A stretch of 63,964 nucleotides of DNA, the filler included, from Saprolegnia diclina VS20 (Eukaryota): assembly GCF_000281045.1 (NCBI RefSeq). It is 13 parts of 3 records of this genome, joined end to end, with 100 filler letters (N's around TTAATTAATTAA, not from the genome) between each part and the next. Parts side by side here need not be neighbours in the genome. Positions count along the whole stretch, not along the records: positions 11,679 to 34,193 come from NW_008246112.1; positions 34,294 to 36,408 come from NW_008246112.1; positions 36,509 to 48,779 come from NW_008246112.1; 10 more parts are not named here. One strand, 5' to 3'. Below, one piece after another: positions 25,562 through 38,690 of the stretch (within the stretch, counting starts at the first letter, position 1; each line of letters begins with the position of its first letter). Under the pieces are notes generated by a model. It did not search any database. It saw only the letters and a program-made list of their open reading frames with translations, and was not told where the DNA came from. The position numbers and the translations under genes were made by a program.

Positions 25562-26802
25562 TTAGTAGGACGCCGACCGATGCCACACTTTGACAGTGCT
25601 GTCGATCGACGCAGTTAGTAGTATATCTTCAGTCGGATGGCTCACGACGGACCGGACGGGCTTGTCGCCGTGCGCGACAAACGAGCGCGACGCATCGTGG
25701 GCGTGGAGCATGTCCCAGATAAGCACGCGGCCGTCTTCCGAGCCGCTTAGGATACGCGCGTCGTCGTACGTAAAGCCGCACTCGACGCCGTAGGACGAGA
25801 GCGCATGGCCTTCGAATGCATTGAGCTCCGTGCCCGAGGCCGCTTCAAACAAGACGACACGCTTGGCGAGCGTCGACGCCACGATGCAATTGAGGTCGCT
25901 CGAGAGCTGCAAACTCACGATAGGACCTAGTACACAGTCGAATCGGACTGGTGGACGATATGCGCCATGGGACGCACTGTGCAGGTTGTCTTGGGTGAGG
26001 AGGCCGGCGCGGAGGTCGTAGCTGCGCACGTAGCCATCGACACACCTACATGACGCGCCATGCTGTTTGTACCAGAGAGTCGTATCGAAATACCCTGTGA
26101 TGAGCTCATGGTCGGTGATTTTGACGCTGGTGACGCTGTCCTTGAAATGGTCGAGGATTTGGATCGGGGCAAATGAGTTCCGCGACCTAGCAGTACGACG
26201 ATGGCACTGAGAAGAGCATGCAACGAAGCAGACGTACCGCATGTCCCAGAGACGCACGGTGCTGTCGTACGAGGCGCTGGCGACGACCGAGCAGTCGTCG
26301 TTGTACTCGACGGCATTGACGCTCTAGAGATATGTTCTTCGGCAAACGATCCTCCAACGCAGTGGGCGTACGTGGCTATGGCCGTCGAGCTTGCGAACGA
26401 CCTTGCCCGTGGCCACGTCCCACTGGAAGATGGCCTTGTCGCGGCCACAGGATACAAATTTGGCATTGTCGTGCTCGCTACCCGCTGCTGAGCCCAGGCG
26501 CCGACGATAGAGAGGAGACGTACATGGCCACATCGCGCACCTCGTAGCCGTGCAGACCCGTGTACGACTTGACGAGGAACGCCGACTCGGGCCCCTCGAG
26601 GCCATCACGGTGCGGGTTCCAGAGCTTGATCGTGCGGTCGTTGCCGCAGCTCATGCAGTACGTGCCCTTGTCTAGTTGACGTCGCGGGCATGAGCGCCAT
26701 GCTCCTACTCAAAGATGCGAGCGTAGTACCGTTGAAGCGGACGGCGATGACCGGGCCCACATGGCCGCGCAGGACGCGCGTGCACTCGTACGCTGGTGGC
26801 AT
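25562..26802 (-). CDS. WDR83: WD repeat protein 83 / MORG1, multi-exon
   Basis: GHVGPVIAVRFN, YCMSCGNDRTIKLWNPH, KSYTG.HGYEVRD, SCGRDK.IF.WDVATGKVVRK, SASYDSTVRLWD, PIQILDHFKDSVTSV, VDGYVRSYDLR.G are characteristic of WDR83. Confidence 0.9.
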
Positions 26803-27172
26803 GCTGTGCGCTGCTCGATCCCAACGGTGCACTACACTATATCAAGTCACCTTAAATCGTGTGTGTCACTAATTGTGCACCTTGAATCGTGTGCAATAGC
26901 CACTAAAATAGTGTGATTTCGGGTACTCACCATTAGGAATGAACCAGCGAAGCGCTAGCCTTTCTGAGGGCGCTGCATGGACTGTTTGCTAGGTGCGATG
27001 CTCGGAGGACGCCTTGCAGCTCGTGGTCGCGGCGAGGGCAGCGAGGTCAATACCTCTGAAAATGCATGTTACCGCGCAACTCACGGGTCCAGGCTGGCCT
27101 TTACACCGCAATTGACCTCTCAAACTTGATGCATCAAAACGAAGTCCGATTCTGAATATTCGCCAACGCAGC

Positions 27173-29024
27173 ATGGACGCGCTCCTCGGCGATACGCATG
27201 TGTGGGCGACGATCCTCGGCTACGTCCAGCGCCACGACGTTGCCATGATGGGTACGCCATTCTCGCTCTCTACCTCACGCCCAACCGCATGCGCATCTAG
27301 CCTGCGTGAACAAGACGTGGTCCAAGGCCGTGGCGCGGCCGCAGGTGTGGGAAGTGCTGGCGCAGGCGCCGCGCGGCCCGTTCCTCGCGTCCTGCTTTCG
27401 CCGCGCCTCGTCGTACGCGTACCGCGAGACTGATGTGCCGGCGCCGTACGTAGCCATCCGACGGCTACCTCGTGATGGCTCATGGAGCAATCTGACCTAG
27501 GAATGTCAATCGCCGCGGCGCGCCGCCAACGATCCGCGGCTGTCTCCTGAGCGACCGCTCGACGCTCAAAGATTACATCAACGAGCTCCGCGCCATGTAC
27601 TACGAGACGCAGAACCTCGCCAAGACGCCCGTGTACCTCGCGGTGCCGGACGCCCTCTACGATGACGCGGCCAGTGTTCGGACCGACCGCCCGTTCACGC
27701 GTGACGAGTGGCGCCGCGCGGCCTTCCAGTCGGTCGCGCTCATTCAGAGTCCGAGCAGCCCGCTTGCGACACACGTACACGCTCCCAACCCCGCTTTGCG
27801 TTTTCAATTGAGGATGCAACTAGGTGCTTACCGGCACGATCCTGCATGACACGGCCTTCTTCTACCTCTGGCACCTCAAGGAAGCTCGGATCGTTGCGAC
27901 CATCTACCATGCGCTCGCCACGTGCTTTGACACGTGTGCGAAGATGCTCGTCATTGGTGCTTCCGACGGCACGGTCAAGACGTGGGACCTGGCGGCCGCC
28001 GTGACCGCGAAAACGACATCGCCTGTCCGCGGATTGGCCCCGACATCGACCCTCGCACCGCGCTCGCACATTGGCCTCGCGCCGTTCCTACCGACGCGCG
28101 CCAACCAGCGGCACAAGCCCGTCAAAGTCCAAGTCGACGTGAGCGAAGGCTCGTTTGTGTTTGTGGCTGCCACGTACGAAAAAGGCGACGTGTCGGTGTG
28201 GAATGCGACCAAGGCCGAGCTCACGACGTCGCTCTCGGTCGACAGGTATCGATTTACCGACCTCGAACGATTTTTCTGGATTTTTTCTGATTTGTTTCTG
28301 AATTTTTGCGCATAGTATCCACAAGTCGACGCTGCCACGGGCCGCCCGGACGCCCGCGCCGCAAGTCACAAGCCTCATGCTCTTCCGCAACACGCTTGTG
28401 TGCGGCACGTCGGTCGGCCTCGTTCGGGTCTTTGATACGCGCGACGCACGGCTGAGCCACCGCATCAGTGGCCACCCCGGTACGTTGCACCCTAACCCTC
28501 TGGGCTCCAATCAGAAATGGGATCTATATTGCCGTGTATTAGATGCAATTGTCAAGACACTGACGCGCGGCCGCGTGCTCTGGAGTGCCGGTCGGGACGG
28601 TTCGGTGCGCTGGTGGGGCGGCAAGTCACCCAAGGTCCTCCCCAAGTCGCTCCTCTGCGAAGGCCCCGTGTCCCATCTCGAGATGGACGAGTCGGTGGTT
28701 GTCGCGGCGTATGGCACCAAGGGCATGCAGGCGTGGGACGTGCGCACGCAGCAGCCGCTCACCACCTTTGGCGCGACCGACGGCGTCGATTCCGTCGTGT
28801 TTGACAAGCGGAAGCTCGTGAGTCTCTCGCCGCAAGGTGTCGTGCACGTCTGGCGTTGGTTTGGCTTGTACCCGGTCCACACCTTCCCGACGCAGCATGT
28901 GTACACGGCGGTCGCTCATGACGAACGCCACCTCGTGCTGGGGACCACCGACGGCGCTGCCGTGCTCTACCGCATGGAAGGTATTCCGTCCAAGAAGCCG
29001 CCGGGTGCCCTCTACGACTACTAG
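27173..29024 (+). CDS. F-box/WD40 repeat protein, multi-exon
   Basis: N-terminal F-box-like 'LLGDTHVWATILGYV...CVNKTWSKAV..P.VW'; WD motifs GASDGTVKTWD, GDVSVWN, VRVFD, SAGRDGSVRWW, MQAWD. Confidence 0.75.
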
Positions 29025-29693
29025 CTTAATAGATCGATTGACGATATACTCCAATATAAAAATGACAACCTCGACACGGCCCAGCATTTTGTGTAAGCCG
29101 CCCTCTGTCCGCTACTGGTGCTGTCTCAACGGTGTCTGTCTGAAGACAATCATATATGACGGCGTCAATAGCCCCCAGTCATTGATGTGTCGTGTCCAGC
29201 TGGACGGTGATGACGGTCATGACGAGGACTGACACTGTTCCAGCGGTGCTTGGTGCCCACTGGATAGTTCGTAGTCAGAATATCCAGTCAATGGAATAGC
29301 GGAAAACACGTTCATTATCGGATACTGGTGCGGTATCCAACTCGTTGGATAGCAGTGGATCATCAAGGCGTGGTGTGACGCAGCTGTGTTTTGGGGTACA
29401 GGACACTGGACGCTGGTAGTGTCGTGTTGCGATCTCCTCGTCGGACGCCCATGGTTGACGCCGAGCGAGGGATGTAGGTGTACGTGGTGGTATCACGACG
29501 TTGCACGCGCGCAATGACACCGGCCGGCGTCCCAAGGACTTCGCAGGAGGTCATCGTTGTCGGCGGTGGCCCCGACGACGACGAGTCTCGGTTGCCCATA
29601 TTGCCAAAGCCAATTATAGACTGTACTCTTTTGCACAGCTGCAAAGTATAGAGTATCGAGTTGATACTAGGAAAAGGAATCCACGTTATTCGG

Positions 29694-30711
29694 CTAAAAA
29701 TGACGTCCCGTGTCGGGTTTGAACTCGGGTTCGGGCTTGGACTCGTCCTTCTTTGTGAGCAGATGCTCGAGGCGCCGCGCTTCGTCCATGTTGCCGGCCT
29801 TGTAGTGCATCTGCATCTGGTCGCGGAGTCGCTGCTGCTCGCGCATGTGCTCAATCTTGCTGCGGTCCATGGTCTGCATAATGAGCGCAAACTCCTTCTT
29901 GTTCGCGTCGGCGCGCTGGCGCATGCGCTCGGCATACGCCGTCTCCTCTTCTTCCTTGGCACTCGGCTTGTGTCGCTTGGCGCGCTTGGCCTGCTCCTTG
30001 GCAAACTTGCGCTGCTCGTACTTTTCAACGTCGTAGTACTTCTCATGGGGCAACGTCGCGGTGTTGTAGTCCTCCATGTAGTCGCGGAAGTGGTCCATGG
30101 CCTCGTACTTGGGGCCGTTAAAGTCGGGGATCTACATGGAGTTATAAACCTGGGCGATCACAGAGTCCATGGCGTACCTTTTTAACGTCGCGTAGCCAGG
30201 CCTGGAACGACACAGCCTTGGCGTGGAAGTCGGTCTCGCGCAGAATACCATACTTGCCATACTCGTTCTGGTTGATGGCAAGGGATGAGGATGCTTTCTT
30301 CTTGTGACTCTTCTTGCTTTTCTTGCTCTTCTTGTCCTTCTTGCTCTTCTTGGACGACGCCTTCTTGGACGAACGACGGCGACGACGCGCATCGTCCGAG
30401 TCGCTGCTGCTCGCGCTGTCGCTGCTGTCGCTTTCGCTGCTGCTGCTATAGTCAGCCGCCTTGCGTGTCGCTCGCTTGTCGCTCGTCTTCTTGGACGTCT
30501 TGCTGTCGCTGTCGTTGCTACGACTGCGACGACGCTCGCGGCTAGCACTGCGCTGGCGGCGGCGCGACCGCTCGGCACTGGGGCTGCGGCTACGACGCCG
30601 GCGGTCTGGGCTGCGGCTCTGGCGGCGGTCTGCGCTTCGTCGCCGCGTCTGGTCTGGGCTGCGCCGGCGGTCACGGCTGCGGCTGCGGTGCGATGGTCGC
30701 CGGTCGCTCAT
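29694..30711 (-). CDS. RS-rich conserved nuclear protein (putative splicing/RNA-associated); intron 30132-30177
   Basis: RS/RSP repeats and Lys/Ser tracts, then the domain YGKYGILRETD...FQAWLRDVK|...FRDYMEDYNTATLPHEKYYD joined by a 46-bp GT-AG intron. Confidence 0.8.
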
Positions 30712-31537
30712 TTCGATGGATGGGCCGTATCCGGAACACACGCTGGTTGGGATCGAAACAGTGTATTGTACGGATATCACACGCCACCCAGCAAACAGTG
30801 TCTTTCACAGAAATAAACACTGTTTCCGGCTACTGCAAAGCAGTGTTCTCACTGGCGCCTCTTGTGCCCGATCCAGTGCTCGTACCTCGAACGAAAGACT
30901 CGGTGATACGTTGCTAGCCGTCCCTACAACGTATTGGCGAGACGGTGCATGTCTCGGTGGAGCCCGGCACGACTCCAAGGACCGTCAAACCGTGATCTGC
31001 ACGCCGAGACAGACTCGGTCCCGACTCGTACTTGAAGTGAAGGTATCAGTACTTGTCGAGGAGGACTGGGTGAGAATAATGCGTTTGAAAACGACGGTCG
31101 GGAATGAAAGTGTGATCCATACACTTGCGTAAGGACGTGTTTCACGTTATCTTCACTGAAGACTCTGCATTTCATTTTTGAAAAAAGAGGCAACTCGAGT
31201 TGAAGTGAACGTTCGGAGACCAGCGCCTAAGTAGAGACCATCTTTCGCAGCGCCCATCACACGACCAAAGTGGTTGCCACGGTGGGGCTCGAGCTGGGGG
31301 CCGTCTGTTCATAATGAACCGAGTCGTGTCAGAAGCTAAAGAAGCGTCGTGGTTCCTTGTGCACTGTGTACTGTATCTACAACGGCATACACTTACGTAA
31401 AGGTTATGGGCTTGATAACTCGGTGCTTATTGAGGGTGTGTCCAGTGTACATGAAGACAAGCTGTTAGGAAGAAGGAGCGTTGCGTCGTCAACACGCCAC
31501 GTAAGGACAGAGCAAATGCATAGTATTACTGAGTTAC

Positions 31538-32311
31538 TTAGACGGAACGCGTGTTACCTTCACATTGAGGCAGCCGACAGACAACGACGCAGCAAAACCG
31601 ACGCGTGCAACCGGTCAAGAGCTGCAGCAGCGGTTGCCGCGTGAGTAGCACTAGGTACCAGAGACCGACGACGACGAGCAGCAGCGAGAGCGGACCCAAA
31701 TCCCAGCGCCACGCCGGAACGAATGCAATTTGAAGCACCGCTTCTGGTACGACGTCCAGGTGCATGACCACGGCGCGAAGCACATCAAAGCCAGCAATGA
31801 AGTTCTGAGCGACCGACCAGACAGCGAGTGCGAGCCAGACGCTCGCGAGACAGGCGAGGGCCGTGCGCACGACCAGTAGATAGCCAACGAGCCGCAAGAC
31901 GCCGGCGGTCGATGCGTCGTCAATGAGTCGGGGTTGCATGTGCTCGGCGCACAAGTACGTACTTGCATCGTCATCTTCGTGCAGCGGAATGCGCTGGGAC
32001 GTCAAGCACACGTGGTTGTGGAAACGGACGTCGACCTTGAGCCAAGCAAACAGCCACATATGGTAGCGCATCACGACATTGTCGACGCCATCGTACGCCA
32101 GCAAAAGGCGAGGGCCATCGACCATCACCGCGCAGAGGGCGAGGAGCCCGAGAAGACAGACGCCGACGCATGTCCAGACGACGTGGGCAAGAACGCACAG
32201 CAGCGTCGTGTACGTAAGCAGCTCGCAAGGCCAGAAGAGTAGGTGCCAGAGCGAGAAGATCGAGCGCGGTCGGCCGCCCACTTGGGTGTCTGGTGGCAGC
32301 AGTGTGGCCAT
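31538..32311 (-). CDS. Hypothetical multi-pass membrane protein
   Basis: Long ORF with several hydrophobic helices; likely start MATLLPPD. Confidence 0.55.
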   Translation of the reverse strand: MATLLPPDTQVGGRPRSIFSLWHLLFWPCELLTYTTLLCVLAHVVWTCVGVCLLGLLALCAVMVDGPRLLLAYDGVDNVVMRYHMWLFAWLKVDVRFHNHVCLTSQRIPLHEDDDASTYLCAEHMQPRLIDDASTAGVLRLVGYLLVVRTALACLASVWLALAVWSVAQNFIAGFDVLRAVVMHLDVVPEAVLQIAFVPAWRWDLGPLSLLLVVVGLWYLVLLTRQPLLQLLTGCTRRFCCVVVCRLPQCEGNTRSV

Positions 32312-32714
32312 CAGCAATGGGATATCTCTGGACACAGAACGAACGGAAGCTGGTCGCTGGTGCAAGCGGCAAGTGCGACATGCCGCCATGGCGCGTTTGG
32401 ATTGGTTCAAGAGGAATGTTGGTGGAGGAATGATGGTTTTCACTCGGTGAAACGTGGCACGACCAGAGACGCCGCCAAGTGCAATCGCCAGCAACGTGAT
32501 GCTGACCCAGTGTCTGAAGCATTCGACGACTATAGCATGTAGTCGGCTAGTCGACTTATGCGACGCACGCGTCCACCCGGCGTTTAATGTGAAGTGTGCG
32601 CTCGATACAGAATGTCCATGTACGGTTGCTGTTGGTTTCAGCAAGGACGCACAAAATAATTAGGCGGTACGGTATTTCATCTACCCCAAGTACTGTACAA
32701 AATGAGATAATCGC

Positions 32715-34193
32715 TTACTGCAGTGGAATGGCATATCGGAGGTGCGGCGCACTCTCCGAGGCGAGGGGTGCGTCGACATCAAAGAGGCGCCACGTCTTGA
32801 TATCCAGTAGCACCGTCTTGGTCGTCCGCGGCAGACGCAGTGTGAGCACGCCGTTGATGGCCGCCGAGACGCGATCAATGCAGTAGACACCGTCGAGGAC
32901 CCAGCCTTCTTGGGCAAAGTGGTAGTAGGCTGTCACGTACAAGAGGTGCGACCGCACTCCACTCTCGGCTCGACCGTGGTAGCGCACTCGCTGGACCAGG
33001 TACGTACCAAACAATAGTGCGAGCGTGAGCCCGATGAGCCCCGTGACGCGCTTGGGGTCTCCGATGTGCACGATGCCGCTGTCACAAACGAGCTGCATGT
33101 CGATGATTGGCGCGGTGCAGGACCGTCGCAGACTCGCCGAGTGCTGGACGGGCGACACCAGTGACCAGATCGCCGACGCGGCCCAGACAAGCACACTGCT
33201 CGGCGTTGCATACAGCGGCGTATACTGCTGGGTTAGGACGGAAAAAGTGTCGTTGAGAATGAAGACAAGCCATGTCGTTTCGCCCGCCGCCATGATCGTC
33301 GAGAACCACGACTGCGGTATCGCGACTATGTAATAAAAGCCATTGGTCTCGGCCAAGTCGAGCTTGGCGGTCGATAGAAGACAGATGGCCGTGATACTGC
33401 GCAGGAAAATGAGCGGGCGGCCAATCCAAACCAAGCCCGTGACACGGTTGACGACGAGCATATTCTTGCCTTCAATGTGGCCGCGACTACCGATAATGTA
33501 GCCGCAAGCGAGCGACACGACAAAGAAGAGGACGCCCGAGACGTAGAGGAGCACGCAGCGGGCGTAGTAGGCCACGTTGATGGGCAGCTCGAGCGGGTTG
33601 ATGGGTCCTTTGTGCACAGCGTTGCGGCCCGAGAGCGCAGTGATGGTTCCATACACACCGTGAAAGGTCACCACTTCCCGCACGCCATCGAGCCACTCGA
33701 GAAGGTAAAGATACCCAAACACGTGAAACCCAACGTCGTTCGGGTCCAAGACCAAGGCCGGCACGAGCGCTGTCGTCGTACGGTTTCTTTGAACAAACTG
33801 AATCAGTACGAGGGGCAGCTCGTTGGCGAAGTACTTTGCGACGGCCGTCGACGCCCTCGCCATCGCGATACGTTCGTCCAGCGTATAGCGCACGTGTAGA
33901 AACACGGTGGTCGCCTCCAAAAACGTGCGACACGGCGTCGACGCCGCCAGCGTCATCTCATCACACGAGCGTGTGACGTTGACGTCCGGCCCGACTGCCA
34001 AGAGCGCGATACAGCCCATGACCGCGTCGACGCTCAGCGTGTCCTCCATGTTGACCGAGCAAGCGCCTTGATTGGTGTAGAACATGCATACGCTTTCGGA
34101 CGGCGGTTGCGTCGGACAGAGAAGGTCCCCGCCGACATGCCCGTTCACGCCCCAGGCTGCTGGCGCCATGCTCAGGTCGATAAGACCACCGCC
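32715..34193 (-). CDS. Saprolegniales expanded multi-transmembrane protein family member, 5'-truncated by gap
   Basis: 484+ aa ORF with motifs 'LEWLDGVREVVTF.G..G', 'NRVTGLVWIGRPLIFLRSITAICLLST', 'AGETTWLVF', 'LLDIKTWR'. Confidence 0.75.
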   Translation of the reverse strand, partial: GGGLIDLSMAPAAWGVNGHVGGDLLCPTQPPSESVCMFYTNQGACSVNMEDTLSVDAVMGCIALLAVGPDVNVTRSCDEMTLAASTPCRTFLEATTVFLHVRYTLDERIAMARASTAVAKYFANELPLVLIQFVQRNRTTTALVPALVLDPNDVGFHVFGYLYLLEWLDGVREVVTFHGVYGTITALSGRNAVHKGPINPLELPINVAYYARCVLLYVSGVLFFVVSLACGYIIGSRGHIEGKNMLVVNRVTGLVWIGRPLIFLRSITAICLLSTAKLDLAETNGFYYIVAIPQSWFSTIMAAGETTWLVFILNDTFSVLTQQYTPLYATPSSVLVWAASAIWSLVSPVQHSASLRRSCTAPIIDMQLVCDSGIVHIGDPKRVTGLIGLTLALLFGTYLVQRVRYHGRAESGVRSHLLYVTAYYHFAQEGWVLDGVYCIDRVSAAINGVLTLRLPRTTKTVLLDIKTWRLFDVDAPLASESAPHLRYAIPLQ

Positions 34194-35532
34194 NNNNNNN
34201 NNNNNNNNNNNNNNNNNNNNNNNNNNNNNNNNNNNNNTTAATTAATTAANNNNNNNNNNNNNNNNNNNNNNNNNNNNNNNNNNNNNNNNNNNNCTCTCTT
34301 GACTAGACCACAGTGCGTTGAGGCCTTGTGTGCCAAGCTAGCTAGTAGCATGGCTGGTAGCGATCGTGGTGGTGGAATGCTTCGAAATGACGCGAATTGG
34401 CACAAAGAGTACATTTGAGTATGCCATCTTTCTTGAAACAGTGAATGAAGCCAAAAGCCTAGTTTGTCCGATTTAGACACGATAGATCCGAAATGAAAAT
34501 AGAATTTCAATCGGTCTGAAATATTCGTGGACATTTACCGCAAATGTACGATAGTGTATGCGGATACAGCTGGTGGTATGCGGATGTGTACGCGCCATGC
34601 TCGAATCGTGTCGTTTGATTCGACGCTTGAACGGTGCAGAGTTGGCCATCCCAAGGAACGCAAATTGCACTGTGAAAATGGACCTGAAATGTACGACATA
34701 GCAACTGCAGCGGACGATGGCCCCAACTGGAAATTAAGACCGTACTTATACAGGATCATTTTCTACAGTACAGTTCTGTTCTACTTTGTTTTCAAAGTTG
34801 ACATCACAAATGACTTTGATGATCGTATGTGACCACGTCCGTTGACTCGGGATGTCGGCCAGAAGCTCGAATTGAGTTTTGAGTTGCTGGCTCTTGATGA
34901 ACGTCCACCGTTGCTATTCCAAGACGGTGTGAGCGGACGCTGGTGTTATGAGAAGTCCTTTGTATACTCTATATTCTATTCCTTTTTTTTATCCTGCATT
35001 TTTAAACTTCCTCCTCAATTCATCTCGAGCTAAAACGCTTTTACGGTCTCCTTGCACCATGTCGAAGCATTGCGCGCTTCGTCCAGATATCAAGGCAGTT
35101 CATTTCTGCATGACAGAAAGCTCCACGTCGTGCGTTTGTTGCGACCAGGAGCATTTACCTCAACCTTCGATAACCTCGCTATGACGCTTGCGACTCATGC
35201 TCGCTCCCGTCAACAGCGTGCTCCGAGTATTCAATTCATTCGTGCTGATCACGTGATGCTTGCGCGCTCCAGTGCGTCGCTGTAGCTGTGATGCGAGATA
35301 CGACTTGCATGATTTTGCGATGGCACATGGGCGCTACCGATGTGTTAATTGCGCACGTCTTTCATACACTGGGTGTGTAACATCGCCGTGTGCTCCATTG
35401 GCGCCTCTCCACCGTAATGCAGCCAAGCTGACGAGGCGCTCATATGTCTGGCGCTGTCCAGTTGCAGAACCAGTGGCACGTGACGATGGTCTGAGATAGA
35501 CCAGACGATTGCGGCGCCCACCGTTGGGGCAC

Positions 35533-36099
35533 TTAAGCTTCTCGATCTCGGACGCTCCAACGAATGCAGGACGCAAGCTCGCAAGCTTTTCGAGTCGGGC
35601 TGAGCCCTGGTCCGCGCGGGAGTCGATGCTTGTACCGAACGTCGGTCGCGTCAAGCAGCGAATATGCCTCGGCTTCGAGCGCCTGTAAATGAGGCGCCTG
35701 GAACATGGGTGCGCGGTACACCATCGTGGCAACATCCATCGGATTCTTGATCGGGTTGTCCACCAGCGTCCTTCGTCGAACGCTGGTCGCGGACGTCGGA
35801 CGGTTGTTGCTCACGGTGGTTTTCGGTGGCGACAGAGTCGTCGTCGTCTTGGTCGTTGTCTTGGCGCCGTGTGTCCACCGCGCCGAGTGATACACGACGG
35901 CAATCGCGTCTTGAATGAACGCGTTGCAGTATTGCGGATCGTATGCGAGGGCGTTCTCAGTCGGCGCCCGGCGGCCGTGCGACCATTTGTCCGCGACCGC
36001 ATCGAGAAGCCGGTGGCGTCGGTCGATCGGTGTCGAAGCCGCATCTGCACGCCATTGGCCGGCCAGCGTCGCACTCGCCGCTGCCACGGGGTCGTTCAT
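35533..36099 (-). CDS. Hypothetical protein
   Basis: ~190-aa ORF with coding-like composition; no recognisable domain. Confidence 0.35.
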   Translation of the reverse strand: MNDPVAAASATLAGQWRADAASTPIDRRHRLLDAVADKWSHGRRAPTENALAYDPQYCNAFIQDAIAVVYHSARWTHGAKTTTKTTTTLSPPKTTVSNNRPTSATSVRRRTLVDNPIKNPMDVATMVYRAPMFQAPHLQALEAEAYSLLDATDVRYKHRLPRGPGLSPTRKACELASCIRWSVRDREA

Positions 36100-36508
36100 G
36101 ATGGTTGAAACGGCCAATCGTCACACGATATGGTGGTTCCGAAGCCCAGCGTCGTAGCCGTACTTGTATGTAGAGAGCACTCACTTTGCAATTTTGCTTT
36201 TGCCTCGACGACCTTGCAGCATGTTGACATCCACTGCGCTTTTGAGCCTGTTCGCTGCGACCGCGACGGCGCACTCGTGGCTCGGTACGTATCTCTTCTT
36301 ACCAACACGATTGCCAACAATTATTTGTATGAAATGACTAGAGTGCACCGACTATGACGCATCGACGACCGCCAACCAAGAGTTTTGGAACCCGGCGGCC
36401 TGCACCGGNNNNNNNNNNNNNNNNNNNNNNNNNNNNNNNNNNNNNNNNNNNNTTAATTAATTAANNNNNNNNNNNNNNNNNNNNNNNNNNNNNNNNNNNN
36501 NNNNNNNN

Positions 36509-38611
36509 AATCGATGCGGCTAACTTCGGTCACCGATGTCGCAGGGCGGTAGAGCATGAACGAGTAGTCGACGTAGAACGGACCCGGATGAAACGCGGCG
36601 ACGCCGGCATACCCGACTTGGTACTGATCCGTCTTGTCGGCCAAAATCATCTAAGTAGGACATCAGTGCTGCGTTGTACATTCCTTCGCAATAGCACCAC
36701 GTCGGGCAGCGGGAACAACTGCAACGCATTGTCGTACGCCCAGTGAATGGGCTGGGCCGACAGCGGTAGCGGGCACAAGTGACCTTGATCAATCACCGTC
36801 TTGATGAGCTACAGCATCGAGATTGTATCAAGATCGTATCAACCGATGCCAAGTCGGCTTACCTGTCGGCTCACGGTGGTCGTGCGCTCTTCATCGTCGT
36901 CGGCCGGCGCGGCAAGCGGCATGAGACAGTTGCGCCGCATCTTGGCTTGGAGGTCGTCCCGGAGAATCACAATATCCTTGGTGTAGTACCGAATGCTAAT
37001 ATACACAGTTGCGCCTACTTGCACAAGCAGTATATATATGTACCGGCACGGGTTGGAGGCCATGGTCGCTGTCGGGATTTTGCGCACAAAGTCGTGGGTG
37101 CACATACTGGGCAGCTACATCGATCGCCATCGCAACGACACAAGACGGTGCACGCGACGAACCGGGTGGCGCGGAAGGACTTTGGCGGCGCCCGGGTCGT
37201 CGGGGCCAGGCACAAGCACGAACTGCGAGTGCGCGACCAGCGACGGAAACTGGAGCAAGAGGTTCGCGAGGTTGTCAAGGAGGTCCTTAAAGTCGGCAAT
37301 GCTCATAGCGTCTACAACCGCGCGCGTGTCAAGTTCGCTGCACTTGAAACCATCGGTACCTTGGCCGACCGGCGTCGAGGTAAAGTTGCCCATGAGCACA
37401 AACAACGTCGGACAAAACGGCGCGTAGCCTTCAAAGAGGATCTCGAGTCGCTTCATGACCTGCGGGTCGTCCAGATGCACGTCCGAGAGGATCACAAACG
37501 ACGCAAGTTCGTCCTGCGCCTCAAGTGCGCGAATCTGCGTCAATTGCTACAACCACCATTTGCTCTATTGCTAAAGAGGCTAGGAGAGGAATACCTGGGA
37601 CGAGACTTCAATCCCGAGCGGGTCGAGTCCGCCGAGAATACCAAGTGAGTCAAGTCGAAACTCGGGTGGCGGTCCCCCCATCGACTAGCCACAGAGGTTG
37701 TGTACTATACGAATCAAGAGCACAATCGCGTCTACCTCGACGTAGAAGACGTCGTCGCGGACTTGGCCCTCGACGATGACGACGCTGTTCAAGGTGTACA
37801 TGCCCGGCGCACAGACCTACGTCATCTTAGCCCCCAAGCACATAAGCTATTGAGTGCAACCGTCTTGTCCGTGTTGATGTAGATGCGCGCCGTGAGGTCT
37901 TCGAGGTACATGGCATTGCGTTCGTCTTGGCCCAACATGCCCAGGACGCGCTTGATGCCAGAGACACCGAGAAGCGACTCGATCCGCGTGAGCTTCCTCT
38001 ATGCATGAGCACGCGCTCTCTCTCGTCTCGGTGTTTATACCTCGAGATACTCGCGCTGGAGCTTGGCCGAGGCCATGACGGGCTTGGAGAACGTCTTGTG
38101 GCGGCGGACGCGGCGCTCAATGGCGGCAAAGCTAATCCATGGCATGGCGCGACGCCATCAAGGCCAATGAGGTACCGATGGCGGAACAGGTTGACGCGGT
38201 AGTTGGGCGCCGCATGGAGACGCCGGTGGCGGTCGAGGCCGACGCTGTACGTCTTGGTCATGGCTTCATATTGGAGGCCCGGCATCTCGAACGCGTCAAA
38301 GACCTGGATGCTCTGGTAGTCGTTCTCGGCCGAGACGCTCAGGAGTGTATCGAGCGCGCTCTCGAGCGCTTCGATCGTCACGACGCTGTTGACGACTACA
38401 GTAGCAGCAGCAGCATGAGGAGGCGCAGGACGACGATGGATGGCGGACGCTTGGAGCGGTCGATGCTGTTCTTGATGGCGAAGAGGACGTCGTCGAGGCC
38501 TAGCGTTTGCTCCACCTCCATCTCATGGAGGAGCCGCTTCAGCGCGTCCGCATGGAGCGTGAGCCCCTGGAGCTTGAAGGCGCGGAAGACCTGCTTCGCT
38601 CCCGGCGCCAT
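36509..38611 (-). CDS. POLE2: DNA polymerase epsilon subunit B (Dpb2), multi-exon; 3' end abuts gap
   Basis: VFRAFKLQGLTL..DA N-terminus; LEDLT; GHPP; FVILSDVHLD; LFVLMGNF; FVLVPGPDDPG; NPCR; IVILRDDL..KMRRNCL; QGHLCPLP...PIHWAYD.AL.LFPLPD. Confidence 0.92.
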
Positions 38612-38690
38612 CCTTGATGGTGGCTGCAAATTGGAACTGTACGGTTATTTCCGGACCCGCCACCTCTAATCGCACGCAACCGAGATGCGC

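Noticed and set aside
16983..38611. A cell-cycle cluster of separase, RTF2 and POLE2
   Set aside because: POLE2 lies two artificial gaps away, so linkage cannot be established.
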